From Gemmatimonadales bacterium (lineage in GTDB: Bacteria; Gemmatimonadota; Gemmatimonadetes; Gemmatimonadales; GWC2-71-9), in NCBI GenBank assembly GCA_050183815.1, contig JBFXAY010000008.1, positions 4,451 to 68,450 of the forward strand: a stretch of 64,000 bases of DNA. The letters are read 5' to 3'. Position 1 is the stretch's first letter; each line of letters opens with the position of its first letter. The notes under the pieces were generated by a model, which saw only the letters and a list, made by a program, of their open reading frames with translations, was not told the DNA's origin and ran no database searches. Shown here piece by piece: positions 53,198 to 62,556 of this stretch. The position numbers were made by a program, and so were the translations under genes.

Positions 53198-54141
53198 CGT
53201 CGAGACTCGCGCTGTTCCTGACGATCGCGGCCCTGCCGGCCGGTGCGGCCGCCGCGCAATCCCTGCCGCCGTATCTGGCGGTGAATCCCGTCGTGACCTC
53301 ACGCAGCGGCGTGTTCTTCCAGCCGTACGTGAGTCCCGCCAGGCCCTGGCAGTTCCGGATTCTGATGGACTATGCCAGCGCCATCGAGTACACCGAGGTC
53401 GATACCGCCGGGTTCATCCTCGACGCCGAACTGCTGCGGGTCGACCTGACGGCGATCCGCAACTTCGGCACCGGCTTCGTCGGCATCTCGAGCAGCATCA
53501 ACGGCAGTTATGGCGGGTTCCTCGACGGCTTCTTCGACTGGTATCACGAACTGACCGGGCTCCGGGTGGCCGCCCGGGAGCTCCGGCCCCGGAACGAATT
53601 CCTCTACAGCGCCCGGTTTCCGACCGGTGATTCGCTCGAGCGCGCCAGCCGCTCGCTCTTTCTCGGCGACCTCCGGCTCCTCGCCGGCCACCGCCACACC
53701 CGGTTCTGGCAAACGACCGCGGCGATCACCCTCCCGATCGCCCCGGTCGGCTACGGCCGGAAAGTCCCCTCCCTGGCGGTCAACTCCACGTTGCGCACAC
53801 CGGAAGAACGCCCCTGGCAGGGCGAGATGAGTCTCGGCTTCGGCCTCACCGGCCAGTCCGGCGACCTTACCCGGTTCCAGCGGACGGCCTTCGTCGGCGG
53901 CAGCGCGGGGATGCGCTACCGGTTCTGGGGCCGCCAGGCCGCGTTCGTGAATCTCTTCTGGCAGTCGGCCAACTACCGGAACACCGGGATGCGAGCGTTC
54001 GACCGGCGGGAGCTGACCCTCGACTACGGATTCCTGCTCCGGGCCCGAAAGGGGCCGGAGTGGTTTTTCGGCATGACGGAGGATTTGGAACCCAAGGGGC
54101 CCGCCCTCGATGCGTCGTTCAGGATCGGGGCCCGCTGGTAA
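53194..54141 (+). CDS. Putative outer-membrane beta-barrel protein (DUF3187-like), hypothetical
   Basis: GTG 53194 overlaps the TetR stop (GTGA). Signal peptide ...LPAGAAAAQS. Strand-like pattern ending in an aromatic residue (FRIGARW). The family call is tentative. Confidence 0.55.
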   Translation: MTSRLALFLTIAALPAGAAAAQSLPPYLAVNPVVTSRSGVFFQPYVSPARPWQFRILMDYASAIEYTEVDTAGFILDAELLRVDLTAIRNFGTGFVGISSSINGSYGGFLDGFFDWYHELTGLRVAARELRPRNEFLYSARFPTGDSLERASRSLFLGDLRLLAGHRHTRFWQTTAAITLPIAPVGYGRKVPSLAVNSTLRTPEERPWQGEMSLGFGLTGQSGDLTRFQRTAFVGGSAGMRYRFWGRQAAFVNLFWQSANYRNTGMRAFDRRELTLDYGFLLRARKGPEWFFGMTEDLEPKGPALDASFRIGARW

Positions 54142-54361
54142 AGAGGAACTTCTCGAGTTCCCCGTAGAGGAAGTCCTTGGCCTGCTGGTCCCGGAGATTG
54201 AGACCGTAGTGGTTGATCAGTTGTTGCTGGAATTTGAGCCACTCGCCCCAGCAGACGTTGCAGACCTCGTCGACGACGCGCTGCCCGAGCGCGTTCGGGA
54301 AGGGACGAAACGGGACCGGGTCGCGGGTCTGGCCGCACCGGGAGCAGGTTACCTGAGTCAT
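54119..54361 (-). CDS. yggX: Fe(2+)-trafficking / oxidative-damage protection protein YggX
   Basis: Track ORF trimmed to ATG 54361. 80 aa. VTCSRCG..., CWGEWLKFQQQLINHYGLNL and FLYGELEKFLF match the YggX pattern. Confidence 0.8.
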   Translation of the reverse strand: MTQVTCSRCGQTRDPVPFRPFPNALGQRVVDEVCNVCWGEWLKFQQQLINHYGLNLRDQQAKDFLYGELEKFLFTSGPRS

Positions 54362-54445
54362 CCCCCAAGATAAGCGGCCCACCTGGACCACCGCCGGGTG
54401 CCCCGCGGTCCGGCACCCTGTCCCCACACTCCGCTCGGACCGGAC

Positions 54446-54793
54446 CTACTCGCCGCTGCGAAGCGCCTTCACGCCGCTCGCGGTGCCGAGCCCGGCGCCG
54501 ATGCCGAACAGGGCGGCCGCCAGGCTCGGAATGAGCGGCAACAGGGTGAAGGGCCACGCTACCGCGGCGGCGATCCCGCCCGCGAACACCGGCGCCAGCG
54601 GCGACCGGATCGCGTCCACGAAGCGGAGCCGGCGCCGGACGAACCCCCGGGCAAAGCCGAAGGAGAACACCCCGGCCGCCAGCGCGATACCCAACGAAAT
54701 GATTGCAAACATGCCGCCCCCAAGGTGATCCGAAATCTCGTGGTCGTGCCCGTACGCGATCCTGTAACGCCCTGTTTCAGTCGCTTCACTCAC
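54446..54793 (-). CDS. Hypothetical small membrane protein
   Basis: Three hydrophobic helices. Start uncertain (GTG 54793 or ATG 54712). Confidence 0.5.
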   Translation of the reverse strand: MSEATETGRYRIAYGHDHEISDHLGGGMFAIISLGIALAAGVFSFGFARGFVRRRLRFVDAIRSPLAPVFAGGIAAAVAWPFTLLPLIPSLAAALFGIGAGLGTASGVKALRSGE

Positions 54794-54888
54794 CGGCCCA
54801 CCCTGCCGATACTAGCCGGAAGACGGGGGGCACCAAGCCCCCGGCCCTGACCCCGAAACCTGTTGCCCGGAAACCAGTTGCGTTCCGG

Positions 54889-55335
54889 ATGCGGAGCAAG
54901 GACCTGATGAAACATCCAACCGTCGAGATCCCGAACATCGGCCCGATGGACCATGCCTGGGATCTGCTCGGCGAGTGGACGGTGGACTTCGAAATTCCCT
55001 TCCACGACGATACCGTGTCCGGCGAACTCCGGGTGAATTCCTGGATGGAAGCCGAACTCGAACTCGAGCCCTGGGGTGCCGCCGTCGCGGGCATTCCCGA
55101 GCGGGTGTCCCTCGAGCGCGCCTCGCGGGTCCACCTGACCGATGCGGGCGGCGGCGCCCTCCAGTGGGTGTTCTTCTCCGCCGAGGACCGCTGGACCGTC
55201 CAGGCCACCCTGTGGCCTGGCGCCCTGCATCTCTTCGTCCAGGACGCTGACGAACCGGACGAGCAGCTCTTCAGAATGGTGGCCTACCGGACCCGCGAGT
55301 ATTACGAAAGAAAGTACCCGCTGGTCACCAGCTGA
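54889..55335 (+). CDS. Hypothetical cytoplasmic protein (148 aa)
   Basis: Track ORF 54703..55335 trimmed to ATG 54889 (alternative ATG 54907). GC3-rich, acidic, no family recognised. Confidence 0.5.
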   Translation: MRSKDLMKHPTVEIPNIGPMDHAWDLLGEWTVDFEIPFHDDTVSGELRVNSWMEAELELEPWGAAVAGIPERVSLERASRVHLTDAGGGALQWVFFSAEDRWTVQATLWPGALHLFVQDADEPDEQLFRMVAYRTREYYERKYPLVTS

Positions 55336-55336
55336 T

Positions 55337-56332
55337 TCACCATCGGAGCAGGACGCTCCCCCACACAAAGCCCGAGCCGAACGCGGTGAAGGCCACGAGG
55401 TCCCCCGGGGCAAGCCGGCCGCCCCGGACGCATTCGTCCAGCGCAATCGGGATCGTCGCGGCGGTGGTGTTGCCGTAGCGTTCGATGTTGTTGTACACCT
55501 GCGCGTCGGCCAGCCCGAGTTCCTTCTGCACGGCCTCCGAGATCCGCAGGTTGGCCTGATGCGGAATCAGCAACTTCAGCTCCGCCGCGGTCCGGCCCGC
55601 GCACTCGAGACACGAACGCACCGACTCCGGCATCCGGACGACCGCGTTTCGGTAGACGTCCCGCCCCTCCATCTGCAGGAAATAGGCTCCGGCCTCGAAC
55701 CGCTCGAGACTGACGGTCGGATTGTGAATGGCACCAGGTTCGTCCACCCAGAGCTTCCCGGCCAGCGCCCCGTCACTGTGCAGATCGGCGCAGAGGACGC
55801 CCCGGCCCGGATCGTCGGTGGCCTCGACGACGACCGCACCCGCCCCGTCGGCGAACAGCACCGCGGTGTGGCGGCCCCGGTCGCTCACGTCCATCCGGGT
55901 CGACTGGATTTCCTGGCCGACCACCAGGATCCGCCGGAACATCCCGCTCCGGATGTAACTGTCCGCCGTGGCAAGTGCGAAGACGAAGCCGGCGCACTGC
56001 ATCCGGAGATCGATGGCCGGAATCGGACCGAGGCCGAGGCGCTGCTGGAGATAGACGCCATTGCCGGGGAGGAAATGGTCCGGCGTGCTCGTCGCGTACA
56101 CGATCGCGTCGAGCGCCCCCGGCTCGAGCCCGGCGGCCTCGACCGCTCTCCGCGCGGCCGTTTCCCCGAGGGTCACGCCGGTCTCGCCCGGGGAGATCCA
56201 GTGCCGCTCCCGAATCCCGGTCCGGGCGGTGATCCACTCGTCGGAGGTATCCATGAGGGCGGCGAGTTCGTCGTTGGTGACGACCCGGTCGGGCACCGCA
56301 TGGCCGGTCCCCGTGATGATCGCGTTCGGCAT
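55337..56332 (-). CDS. fabH: Beta-ketoacyl-ACP synthase III
   Basis: ITGTGHAVPDRVVTNDEL, TSDEWITARTGIRER, active-site Cys context MQCAGFVFAL, and HQANLRI / GNTTAATIP. Confidence 0.9.
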   Translation of the reverse strand: MPNAIITGTGHAVPDRVVTNDELAALMDTSDEWITARTGIRERHWISPGETGVTLGETAARRAVEAAGLEPGALDAIVYATSTPDHFLPGNGVYLQQRLGLGPIPAIDLRMQCAGFVFALATADSYIRSGMFRRILVVGQEIQSTRMDVSDRGRHTAVLFADGAGAVVVEATDDPGRGVLCADLHSDGALAGKLWVDEPGAIHNPTVSLERFEAGAYFLQMEGRDVYRNAVVRMPESVRSCLECAGRTAAELKLLIPHQANLRISEAVQKELGLADAQVYNNIERYGNTTAATIPIALDECVRGGRLAPGDLVAFTAFGSGFVWGSVLLRW

Positions 56333-56338
56333 GGTGAG

Positions 56339-56344
56339 AGTCTA
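56339..56344 (-). promoter_or_regulatory. -10-like hexamer TAGACT, 6 nt upstream of fabH ATG (leaderless candidate)
   Basis: Minus strand reads GGGCTAGACTCTCACC-ATG with no SD. Lies just downstream of the terminator at 56357..56388. Confidence 0.35.
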
Positions 56345-56356
56345 GCCCGGGGGCGT

Positions 56357-56388
56357 CGAAACGAAAGAGGGCGGCACCGGCCGCCCTC
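56357..56388 (-). terminator. Rho-independent terminator of the ECF-TolC-MacAB operon
   Basis: Minus strand reads GAGGGCGGC-CGGT-GCCGCCCTC followed by TTTCGTTTCG, 28 nt after the permease stop. Confidence 0.7.
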
Positions 56389-56415
56389 CTCGTCCGTTCG
56401 AGCCGGGGTCCGTTC

Positions 56416-57630
56416 CTACTCGTACCGGAGGGCGTCGATGGTGTTCAGGTTGGCGGCCCGCCGCGCCGGCCAGAGGCCGAACGAGAGCCCGACCAGCGCG
56501 CTGAACACGAAGGCCACGATCACCGAACTCGGCGCGATATAGGTGTTCCAGCCGGCGAACTTCGACATCGCCAGCGCCGTACCGGCGCCGAACGCCACCC
56601 CGATCAGCCCGCCGAGGAGACAGAGCACCACCGCCTCGACCAGGAACTGGCTCATGATGTTGAGCTTGGTGGCGCCGAGGGCCCGGCGCACGCCGATCTC
56701 CCGGGTCCGCTCGGTGACCGACACCAGCATGATGTTCATGATCCCGATGCCGCCGACCAGCAAGGACACGGCGGCGATGCTTCCGAGGAGCACCTTGAAC
56801 ACCTCGGCCGTTTCCTGCTGGGTGGCCAGGATTTCCTGCTGGTTGCGGATCTGGAAGTCGTTGTCGCCGCCCGGGCGGACCTTGTGCTCCCGCCGGAGAA
56901 TCCGCTCGATGTCGATCATCCCCTGCTCGAGCGACACGCCTTCCTTGACCTGGACGCTGATCTGCCGGAGCCGGTCGGTACCCATCAGCCGGTACCGGGC
57001 CGTGTGGAGCGGGATCAGGATCTGCTCGTCCGGGTTCTGGAACGACATCGCCGCACCCTTTTTGGCGAGGACGCCGATGATCTCGAACGACTGGCCGCCG
57101 ATCGAGACCGTCTGGCGCAGCAGGGCGGCCGGGTTCACGTTGAACTGCTCCGGGACCGCACTGCCGACCACGGCGTACCGCTGCCGGGCGCCGTCGTCGC
57201 CGGTGGTGAACATCGATCCGTATTCGATCTTGAAATTCTTGACCTGCAGGTAGTTCGGCGTGGTGCCGACGATACTCATGTTGGCGTTCAGGTTCCCGTA
57301 GCCGACCGTCATGTTCCGGGACAGTTCCGGCACGACACCCGACACGAGCCTCGCGTCCCGGTTGAGGGCGACGTAGTCGTCCACCGTCATGCTGACGCGC
57401 TGCTCGGACGACCGGCCGCCGAAGAACGACTGGCCCGGGAAGATCGACAGCACGTTTGCACCGAGGGCGTTGATCCGCTCCTCGACCGCGCGCTGCGCCC
57501 CGGAGCCGAGGGCCACGACCGCGATCACCGCGCCCACGCCGATGATGATACCCAGCATGGTGAGCGCCGCCCGGAGCTTGTTCGCCCGGATGCTCGACAG
57601 GGCGACCCGGAAGGTTTCGCCGATGATCAT
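56416..57630 (-). CDS. MacB-type ABC transporter permease (MacB_PCD + FtsX), separate from its ATPase
   Basis: ETFRVALSSIRANKLRAALTMLGIIIGVGAVIA, a periplasmic domain and a C-terminal FtsX 3-TM module. Confidence 0.9.
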   Translation of the reverse strand: MIIGETFRVALSSIRANKLRAALTMLGIIIGVGAVIAVVALGSGAQRAVEERINALGANVLSIFPGQSFFGGRSSEQRVSMTVDDYVALNRDARLVSGVVPELSRNMTVGYGNLNANMSIVGTTPNYLQVKNFKIEYGSMFTTGDDGARQRYAVVGSAVPEQFNVNPAALLRQTVSIGGQSFEIIGVLAKKGAAMSFQNPDEQILIPLHTARYRLMGTDRLRQISVQVKEGVSLEQGMIDIERILRREHKVRPGGDNDFQIRNQQEILATQQETAEVFKVLLGSIAAVSLLVGGIGIMNIMLVSVTERTREIGVRRALGATKLNIMSQFLVEAVVLCLLGGLIGVAFGAGTALAMSKFAGWNTYIAPSSVIVAFVFSALVGLSFGLWPARRAANLNTIDALRYE

Positions 57631-59189
57631 GGCCGGGCGCCCCGCGTCGATCCGCCGGCCCCGCCGGTGGACCGCATGCCCGGCACGGCGCCCCCACTCA
57701 TGTTCGACATCCGGTTCCGGAACTCCTCCTGCTGTTGCACCAGGCTGGCGCTCGGCAGCACCAGCACCGAGTCGTCCGGGCCGAGGCCGCTCGAGATTTC
57801 GCTGTAGTCGAGGTCCGTGAGGCCGGTGCGGACCATCACGGGCGTCGGCTTGCCATCCCGGAGAACGAACACGATGTAGTTGCCACCGAACTGGTAGTCG
57901 CCGTTGCCGGCGCCGGCGCGACCGCGGTTACCCCCCGGCCGGCCCCCGCCCCCGTTGCCGCCGAAGCTCCGCTGCACCTGCTGCATGATCTGCTGCTCGC
58001 GGGCCGTGAGTTCCTCGCCGCCGAACCGCTTCCGGAAGATGGCCCGGACCTGCTCCTGGGTCACGCCTTCCGGAAGCTGAACCTGGCGGCCGTCCGGCGT
58101 CGCCATGGTGTTCCCGCCCGCCGGGGCCTGGCCGTTGAGCGGCCGCCCGCCCGAGCCCGAGTCGCCCCGGGGAGCGCTGCGGGCGGCGAGTTCCCGGATC
58201 GAGTCCGCCCGCTGCTGCGCGGCGGCGAGACCGGACTGCAGCTCTTCGTCGCTCAAACCGAGCACCGAGGCGGCCGAACTCACGTCCCGCTGGGTCCGGA
58301 GGGCGCCGTTCGGCACCGCGAGGACGCTGTCGCGCCGACCGATGTGGAGCTCCACGTCGGCGTTCATGCCGGGCTTGAGCAGCCCGTTCCGGTTGTCGAT
58401 CCGGACCAGGACCGGAAACATCGTCACGTTGTTCGCACTCTCGGCCTGCGGCTCGATCTTGAGGATCTCGCCGTTGAACGGCTGGTTCGGATAGGCATCG
58501 ACTGTGACCGTGGCCCGGAGGCCGGGCCGGATCTTGCCGATGTCGGTTTCATCAACCAGCGTCCGGACCTGCACCAGCGCCAGGTCGGCCATCTTGAGCA
58601 GCACCGTGCCGCCGCCCACGTCCCGGGTCGGCGACGAGATCACTTGGCCGCGCTCGACGTTCTTGGCGATGATCGTCCCGGTGATCGGCGCGAGGACGTC
58701 GGTGTCCGACATCGCGATCCGCGCCTCTTCGACCGACACCTGGGCCCGGATGACCTCGGCCTTGGCGTTGGCCACGGCGAGCACGGCGTTCTCGTGCTCC
58801 TGCTCGGTGATCGATTGCGACTTGAACAGCTCGTCCGACCGGGTCTTCTGGGACTCGGCGTTCTGGAGCCGCGCCTTCGCGACGTCCAGGTCCGCTTCGG
58901 CCTGGTTGAGGGTGTTCCGCGGCGAGCGCTGGTCCACTTTGACCAGCAGCTGCCCGCGGCTCACCAGCGCCCCGGTTTCGGCCCGCATCTCGAGGATCTC
59001 GCCCGACGCCTTCGACTTCACTTCGACGACCGTGTCGGGCTGAATCGTACCGGTGGCCCGGGCCGACACCACGATGTTGCGGCGTTCGACCGGAACCTGC
59101 TGGTACGCGACCATCGTCGCTTCTTCCTTCTTGCAGCCGGCCGTCACCAGCCCCGCCAGGACGACCGCGCTCAGGGTCCGAACCATCAT
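57627..59189 (-). CDS. MacA/HlyD-type periplasmic adaptor lipoprotein with ~135-aa low-complexity insertion
   Basis: Lipobox LVTAGC, lipoyl and coiled-coil hairpin regions, and a beta-barrel. A Gly/Arg-rich insertion spans roughly residues 300-435. Confidence 0.85.
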   Translation of the reverse strand: MMVRTLSAVVLAGLVTAGCKKEEATMVAYQQVPVERRNIVVSARATGTIQPDTVVEVKSKASGEILEMRAETGALVSRGQLLVKVDQRSPRNTLNQAEADLDVAKARLQNAESQKTRSDELFKSQSITEQEHENAVLAVANAKAEVIRAQVSVEEARIAMSDTDVLAPITGTIIAKNVERGQVISSPTRDVGGGTVLLKMADLALVQVRTLVDETDIGKIRPGLRATVTVDAYPNQPFNGEILKIEPQAESANNVTMFPVLVRIDNRNGLLKPGMNADVELHIGRRDSVLAVPNGALRTQRDVSSAASVLGLSDEELQSGLAAAQQRADSIRELAARSAPRGDSGSGGRPLNGQAPAGGNTMATPDGRQVQLPEGVTQEQVRAIFRKRFGGEELTAREQQIMQQVQRSFGGNGGGGRPGGNRGRAGAGNGDYQFGGNYIVFVLRDGKPTPVMVRTGLTDLDYSEISSGLGPDDSVLVLPSASLVQQQEEFRNRMSNMSGGAVPGMRSTGGAGGSTRGARP

Positions 59190-59938
59190 GCGTGCTCCGT
59201 CATGAAGTCGCGCTCGACTTTGCCGTCCCGGACGTGGACCTGCCGGCGCGCGTGGGCGGCGATGTCCGGTTCGTGCGTCACGAGCACGATCGTTTGTCCT
59301 TCGTTGTGCAGTTGCTCGAAGAGTGCCAGGATCTCCTCGCTCGTCTTCGAGTCGAGGTTACCGGTCGGCTCGTCCGCCAGGATCAGACTGGGCGTGTTGA
59401 CCAGCGCCCGCGCGATCGCCACCCGCTGCCGCTGACCGCCCGAAAGCTCGTTGGGCCGGTGCTGCATCCGCTCGCCGAGACCCACCCGGCCGAGGGCCGC
59501 CTCCGCGGCGGCCCGCCGCTCCTTGGCGCCCATCCCGGCATAGACCAGCGGCAGTTCGACGTTCTGCAGGGCCGTGGCCCGCGGGAGCAGGTTGAACGTC
59601 TGAAAGACGAACCCGATCTCCTTGTTCCGGATCCGGGCCAGCTGATCGTCGCTCAGCTCGCTGACCCGGTAGCCGTTGAGCCAGTACTCGCCGTCGGTGG
59701 GCGTGTCGAGGCAGCCGATCACGTTCATCAGCGTGGACTTGCCAGAGCCCGACGGGCCCATGATCGCCACGAATTCGTTTCGGCGGATCGTCAGATCGAG
59801 CCCGCGGAGGGCCCGGACCGTTTCCGCGCCCATCACGTACTCGCGGACGATGTTGCGAACCACGATGACGGAGTCCCGCGGCACGTCCGCGGGGAGCATC
59901 GCCATTCGTTCGGCGGTCGTCTCGATACTCGGGCTCAT
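59186..59938 (-). CDS. MacB/LolD-type ABC transporter ATP-binding protein
   Basis: Track ORF trimmed to ATG 59938 (ATGA overlap with the TolC stop). Walker [10 protein letters not shown], signature LSGGQRQR and Walker B LILADEPT. Confidence 0.9.
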   Translation of the reverse strand: MSPSIETTAERMAMLPADVPRDSVIVVRNIVREYVMGAETVRALRGLDLTIRRNEFVAIMGPSGSGKSTLMNVIGCLDTPTDGEYWLNGYRVSELSDDQLARIRNKEIGFVFQTFNLLPRATALQNVELPLVYAGMGAKERRAAAEAALGRVGLGERMQHRPNELSGGQRQRVAIARALVNTPSLILADEPTGNLDSKTSEEILALFEQLHNEGQTIVLVTHEPDIAAHARRQVHVRDGKVERDFMTEHA

Positions 59939-61242
59939 AATTTCCGTCCGATCAGGGCCTGGATCTGGGCTTTGGCCCGCAGGAAGTCGAACCGGGCGTT
60001 GACCGCGTCGACTTCCGCCTGCGCCAATGCCTCCTGCGAGGTCAGCACATCGACGATCGTGGCCACGCCCAGCCGGTACCGCTCCTGCTGGACCCGGAGA
60101 TCTTCCGTGGCCGCGGCCAGACTGGTCTGAGTGATCTGGATCCGGACCTTGGCCGCTTCGTACTCCGCGATCCGGCTGGTCAGGTTGGCCTGCACCAGGC
60201 GCCGGGCCTCGGAGGCGCTGGCTTCCGCGTTCTCGGCGTTGGCTCGCGCGTTGGCGATGTTCTGCTCCCGGGTGAACCGGTTGAAGATCTGCCACGATAC
60301 CGAGAGCGTCGCCTGGCGCTGCTGAAGGAATTTGTAGTCGTTCTGCTCGGCCGCGTTGACCGAGTTCGAACCGTTCAGGTTGAGCGAGGGCCAGTAGCCG
60401 GCCCGCGACACCCCGATCGACGCCGCCGCCGCCCGGGCGCTCGCGTCCGCCGACCGGACTTGCGGCGAGCGCTGGAGCGCCTCGACCCGCAGCGCGGTGG
60501 TATCGAGCTGATCGACCACCTGATAGAACACCGAGTCGTCGATTGCCTCGACCGGACCCTGGGCGCCGATCAGCCGGCCCAGGTTCGCCTCCGCGGTGGA
60601 GCGCTGCGTCTGGGCGTTGATCAGCTGGACCCGGCTGTTGCCGAGGGTTACCAGGGACCGAAGCGAGTCCGACCGGATCGCGGCCCCGGCCCGGAGCTTG
60701 GCGATCGAGACATTGAGCTGCTCTTCCGCCCGCCGCACGCTCGCCTCGCGCACCCGGACCAGCTGGACCGCCGCAAGCGCGTCGAAGAACTGGTTCGTGG
60801 TGGTGAGCTCCTGCTGGAACCGGGCATCCTCGAGGCTCTCCACCGCCGACTCGCGGGCCGCCCGCGCGGACCGCGACTCGGCACTCCGCCGGAAGCCGTC
60901 GAACAGCTCGATGCTGGTCGAGAGACTGCCGTTGACCGAACTGTTGGTGGAGTTGGAGGTGGTCAGCTGGCCGGTGCTCGGGTCGATCCGCTGGCCTTCC
61001 GAATAGAACTGACCGGCCGAACTCGACAGGTTCAGGTTCGGAAACCAGGCACCCTTCGCCGAGCGTACCCGGGCATCGGCCGTGTTGATGGCGTTGGCCG
61101 CCTGGACGACCCGGGGCTGCACCTTCTCGGCCCGCTCGATCGCCTCGGTGAGCGTAACGGCCGGCTTGTCCTGCCCGGCGAGAGCGCCGGCCAGGAGAGT
61201 CGTTGCCGCCACGGCTGCGAACACACTGCTACTTGTCCCCAT
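59935..61242 (-). CDS. TolC-family outer-membrane efflux protein
   Basis: Track ORF trimmed to ATG 61242. Signal peptide and two OEP repeats with long coiled-coil segments. Confidence 0.85.
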   Translation of the reverse strand: MGTSSSVFAAVAATTLLAGALAGQDKPAVTLTEAIERAEKVQPRVVQAANAINTADARVRSAKGAWFPNLNLSSSAGQFYSEGQRIDPSTGQLTTSNSTNSSVNGSLSTSIELFDGFRRSAESRSARAARESAVESLEDARFQQELTTTNQFFDALAAVQLVRVREASVRRAEEQLNVSIAKLRAGAAIRSDSLRSLVTLGNSRVQLINAQTQRSTAEANLGRLIGAQGPVEAIDDSVFYQVVDQLDTTALRVEALQRSPQVRSADASARAAAASIGVSRAGYWPSLNLNGSNSVNAAEQNDYKFLQQRQATLSVSWQIFNRFTREQNIANARANAENAEASASEARRLVQANLTSRIAEYEAAKVRIQITQTSLAAATEDLRVQQERYRLGVATIVDVLTSQEALAQAEVDAVNARFDFLRAKAQIQALIGRKL

Positions 61243-61630
61243 GCTTGCTTTCCCGAGCCCGCCGGGCGCTGTCGCGCCGGGCCAGCATCGCGTCGTATTT
61301 GGCAACCTGCTCCGGGGTCAAAGCCGCCCGGATGTCGCGCCGGACCAGCTGGCGCTCGTTGTCGAACTGCACCCGCACCGCCGCCCAGATCGAGTCCATG
61401 GCCGGTTCGTGCCGGGTCAGGATTCCCGCCACCGTTTCCTCCTGCTCGGCGGTCAGCGAGACCTCCTGGTCGAGCCGCTGGACGAAGTCCTTGCGGCCGG
61501 CCTCCTTGCTCCGCGGCGGCGGCCGATGGGTGCCCCGCTCCGCCATCATCGTGGCCGCTCCGCCGACCAGTGCGCCGAGCGAAAACGCCAGCGCCAGCAA
61601 CCGCATTGCGGCCGAACGCGACTTGATCAT
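61229..61630 (-). CDS. Periplasmic LTXXQ-motif protein (Spy/CpxP/CnrX-like)
   Basis: Signal/TM MRLLALAFSLGALVGGAA. LTAEQ and LTPEQ motifs, helical. Confidence 0.7.
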   Translation of the reverse strand: MIKSRSAAMRLLALAFSLGALVGGAATMMAERGTHRPPPRSKEAGRKDFVQRLDQEVSLTAEQEETVAGILTRHEPAMDSIWAAVRVQFDNERQLVRRDIRAALTPEQVAKYDAMLARRDSARRARESKHGDK

Positions 61631-61974
61631 CGTCCCTCCATGGCGGCGTAGATGATGGCGTCATCCGCCGGCGTCGGCTCGAGCACCGCCGCCGCCACCG
61701 ACGTGGCCGCCTCCGCCGGGGCAACCATCCGCTCCTGCCAGCCCCGCCAGAGCGAGAGCCCGAGCATGAAGCCGATCACGGCCGCCGCGGCCAACACCCG
61801 CGGGCCGGCCCAGGCCGCCAGCACGTCCCACTCGCTCTGCCGCCGCGGCAGTGCCGCGAGGGCCCCCCGCATCCGGGCGAGAAATCGCTCCGGCGCGGGT
61901 CCGGTGAATACCTCCCGAATCGCCGCACCGAGCTCGTCGTCGCGCCCGCCGTCGAACGGATTTGAAGTCCTCAT
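61627..61974 (-). CDS. Putative anti-sigma factor (single TM), assigned by position and topology
   Basis: 115 aa with one TM (VLAAAAVIGFMLGLSLW). 4-nt overlaps with the sigma gene and the LTXXQ gene. Confidence 0.5.
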   Translation of the reverse strand: MRTSNPFDGGRDDELGAAIREVFTGPAPERFLARMRGALAALPRRQSEWDVLAAWAGPRVLAAAAVIGFMLGLSLWRGWQERMVAPAEAATSVAAAVLEPTPADDAIIYAAMEGR

Positions 61975-62516
61975 CTCGCCGGTTCCTCCATCAAGACGGA
62001 GAGCGCCTTTCTGAGCGCCCGCCGCGCGTGAAACACATATGAGCGAACCGTGCCCTCCGGCACTTGCAGCACAGTCGCGATGTCCGCGTGACTGTAGCCC
62101 TCGCCGTCGAACAGCATCACGGCGACCCGCTGCCGTTCCGGCAACAGCGCCATGGCCTCGTCGATCCGCTCCCGGAGCATCGACCGGTCCGCCACGAGGT
62201 CGGGGCCGGCCTGCCGGCTCGGCAACGACTCATCGAGCGTGTCGCCGTCGCGAACCTTGCGCCGGCGGAGCTGATCGAGGGCCGCGTTCTGGACGATCCG
62301 CAGAAACCAGGGCCGAAAACTCCGGGCAGGATCGAAACGCTCGATCGCCTGCCAGCCGGCCAGCGAGGCGTCCTGGACCACGTCGTCCGCCTCATCCCAG
62401 TTGCCGAGGACCCCGTAGGCCACCCGCCGCGCGACCGGTGCGTACGTCATCACCAGCCGTCCGTAGGCGTCTGCGTCGCCCTTCTGGGCGGCCCGCGCGA
62501 GACCCGATTCAGTCAC
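61971..62516 (-). CDS. ECF-type RNA polymerase sigma factor
   Basis: GTG 62516. Region 2 DEADDVVQDASLAGW, FRPWFLRIV. Region 4 YSHADIATVLQVPEGTVRSYVFHAR. Confidence 0.85.
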   Translation of the reverse strand: MTESGLARAAQKGDADAYGRLVMTYAPVARRVAYGVLGNWDEADDVVQDASLAGWQAIERFDPARSFRPWFLRIVQNAALDQLRRRKVRDGDTLDESLPSRQAGPDLVADRSMLRERIDEAMALLPERQRVAVMLFDGEGYSHADIATVLQVPEGTVRSYVFHARRALRKALSVLMEEPAR

Positions 62517-62524
62517 GTGCTAAG

Positions 62525-62550
62525 TACGAAAGGACCTGAGGATCCGTTGA
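62525..62550 (-). promoter_or_regulatory. Candidate ECF-type promoter (TCAAC-N17-CGTAC) ending 7 nt before the sigma GTG
   Basis: Minus strand reads TCAACggatcctcaggtcctttCGTACttagcacGTG, which resembles the generic ECF AAC-N16/17-CGT architecture. It sits in the 40-bp spacer after the PLD gene. Confidence 0.3.
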
Positions 62551-62556
62551 GGCGCA

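Noticed and set aside
55142-61724. Long ORFs 55142..56542, 57735..59435, 60460..61626 (+) and 61032..61724, 56342..57697 (-), antisense or in alternative frames within fabH and the efflux operon
   Set aside because: Every one overlaps a gene with clear family motifs (FabH, MacA, TolC, permease), and none has recognisable motifs of its own.
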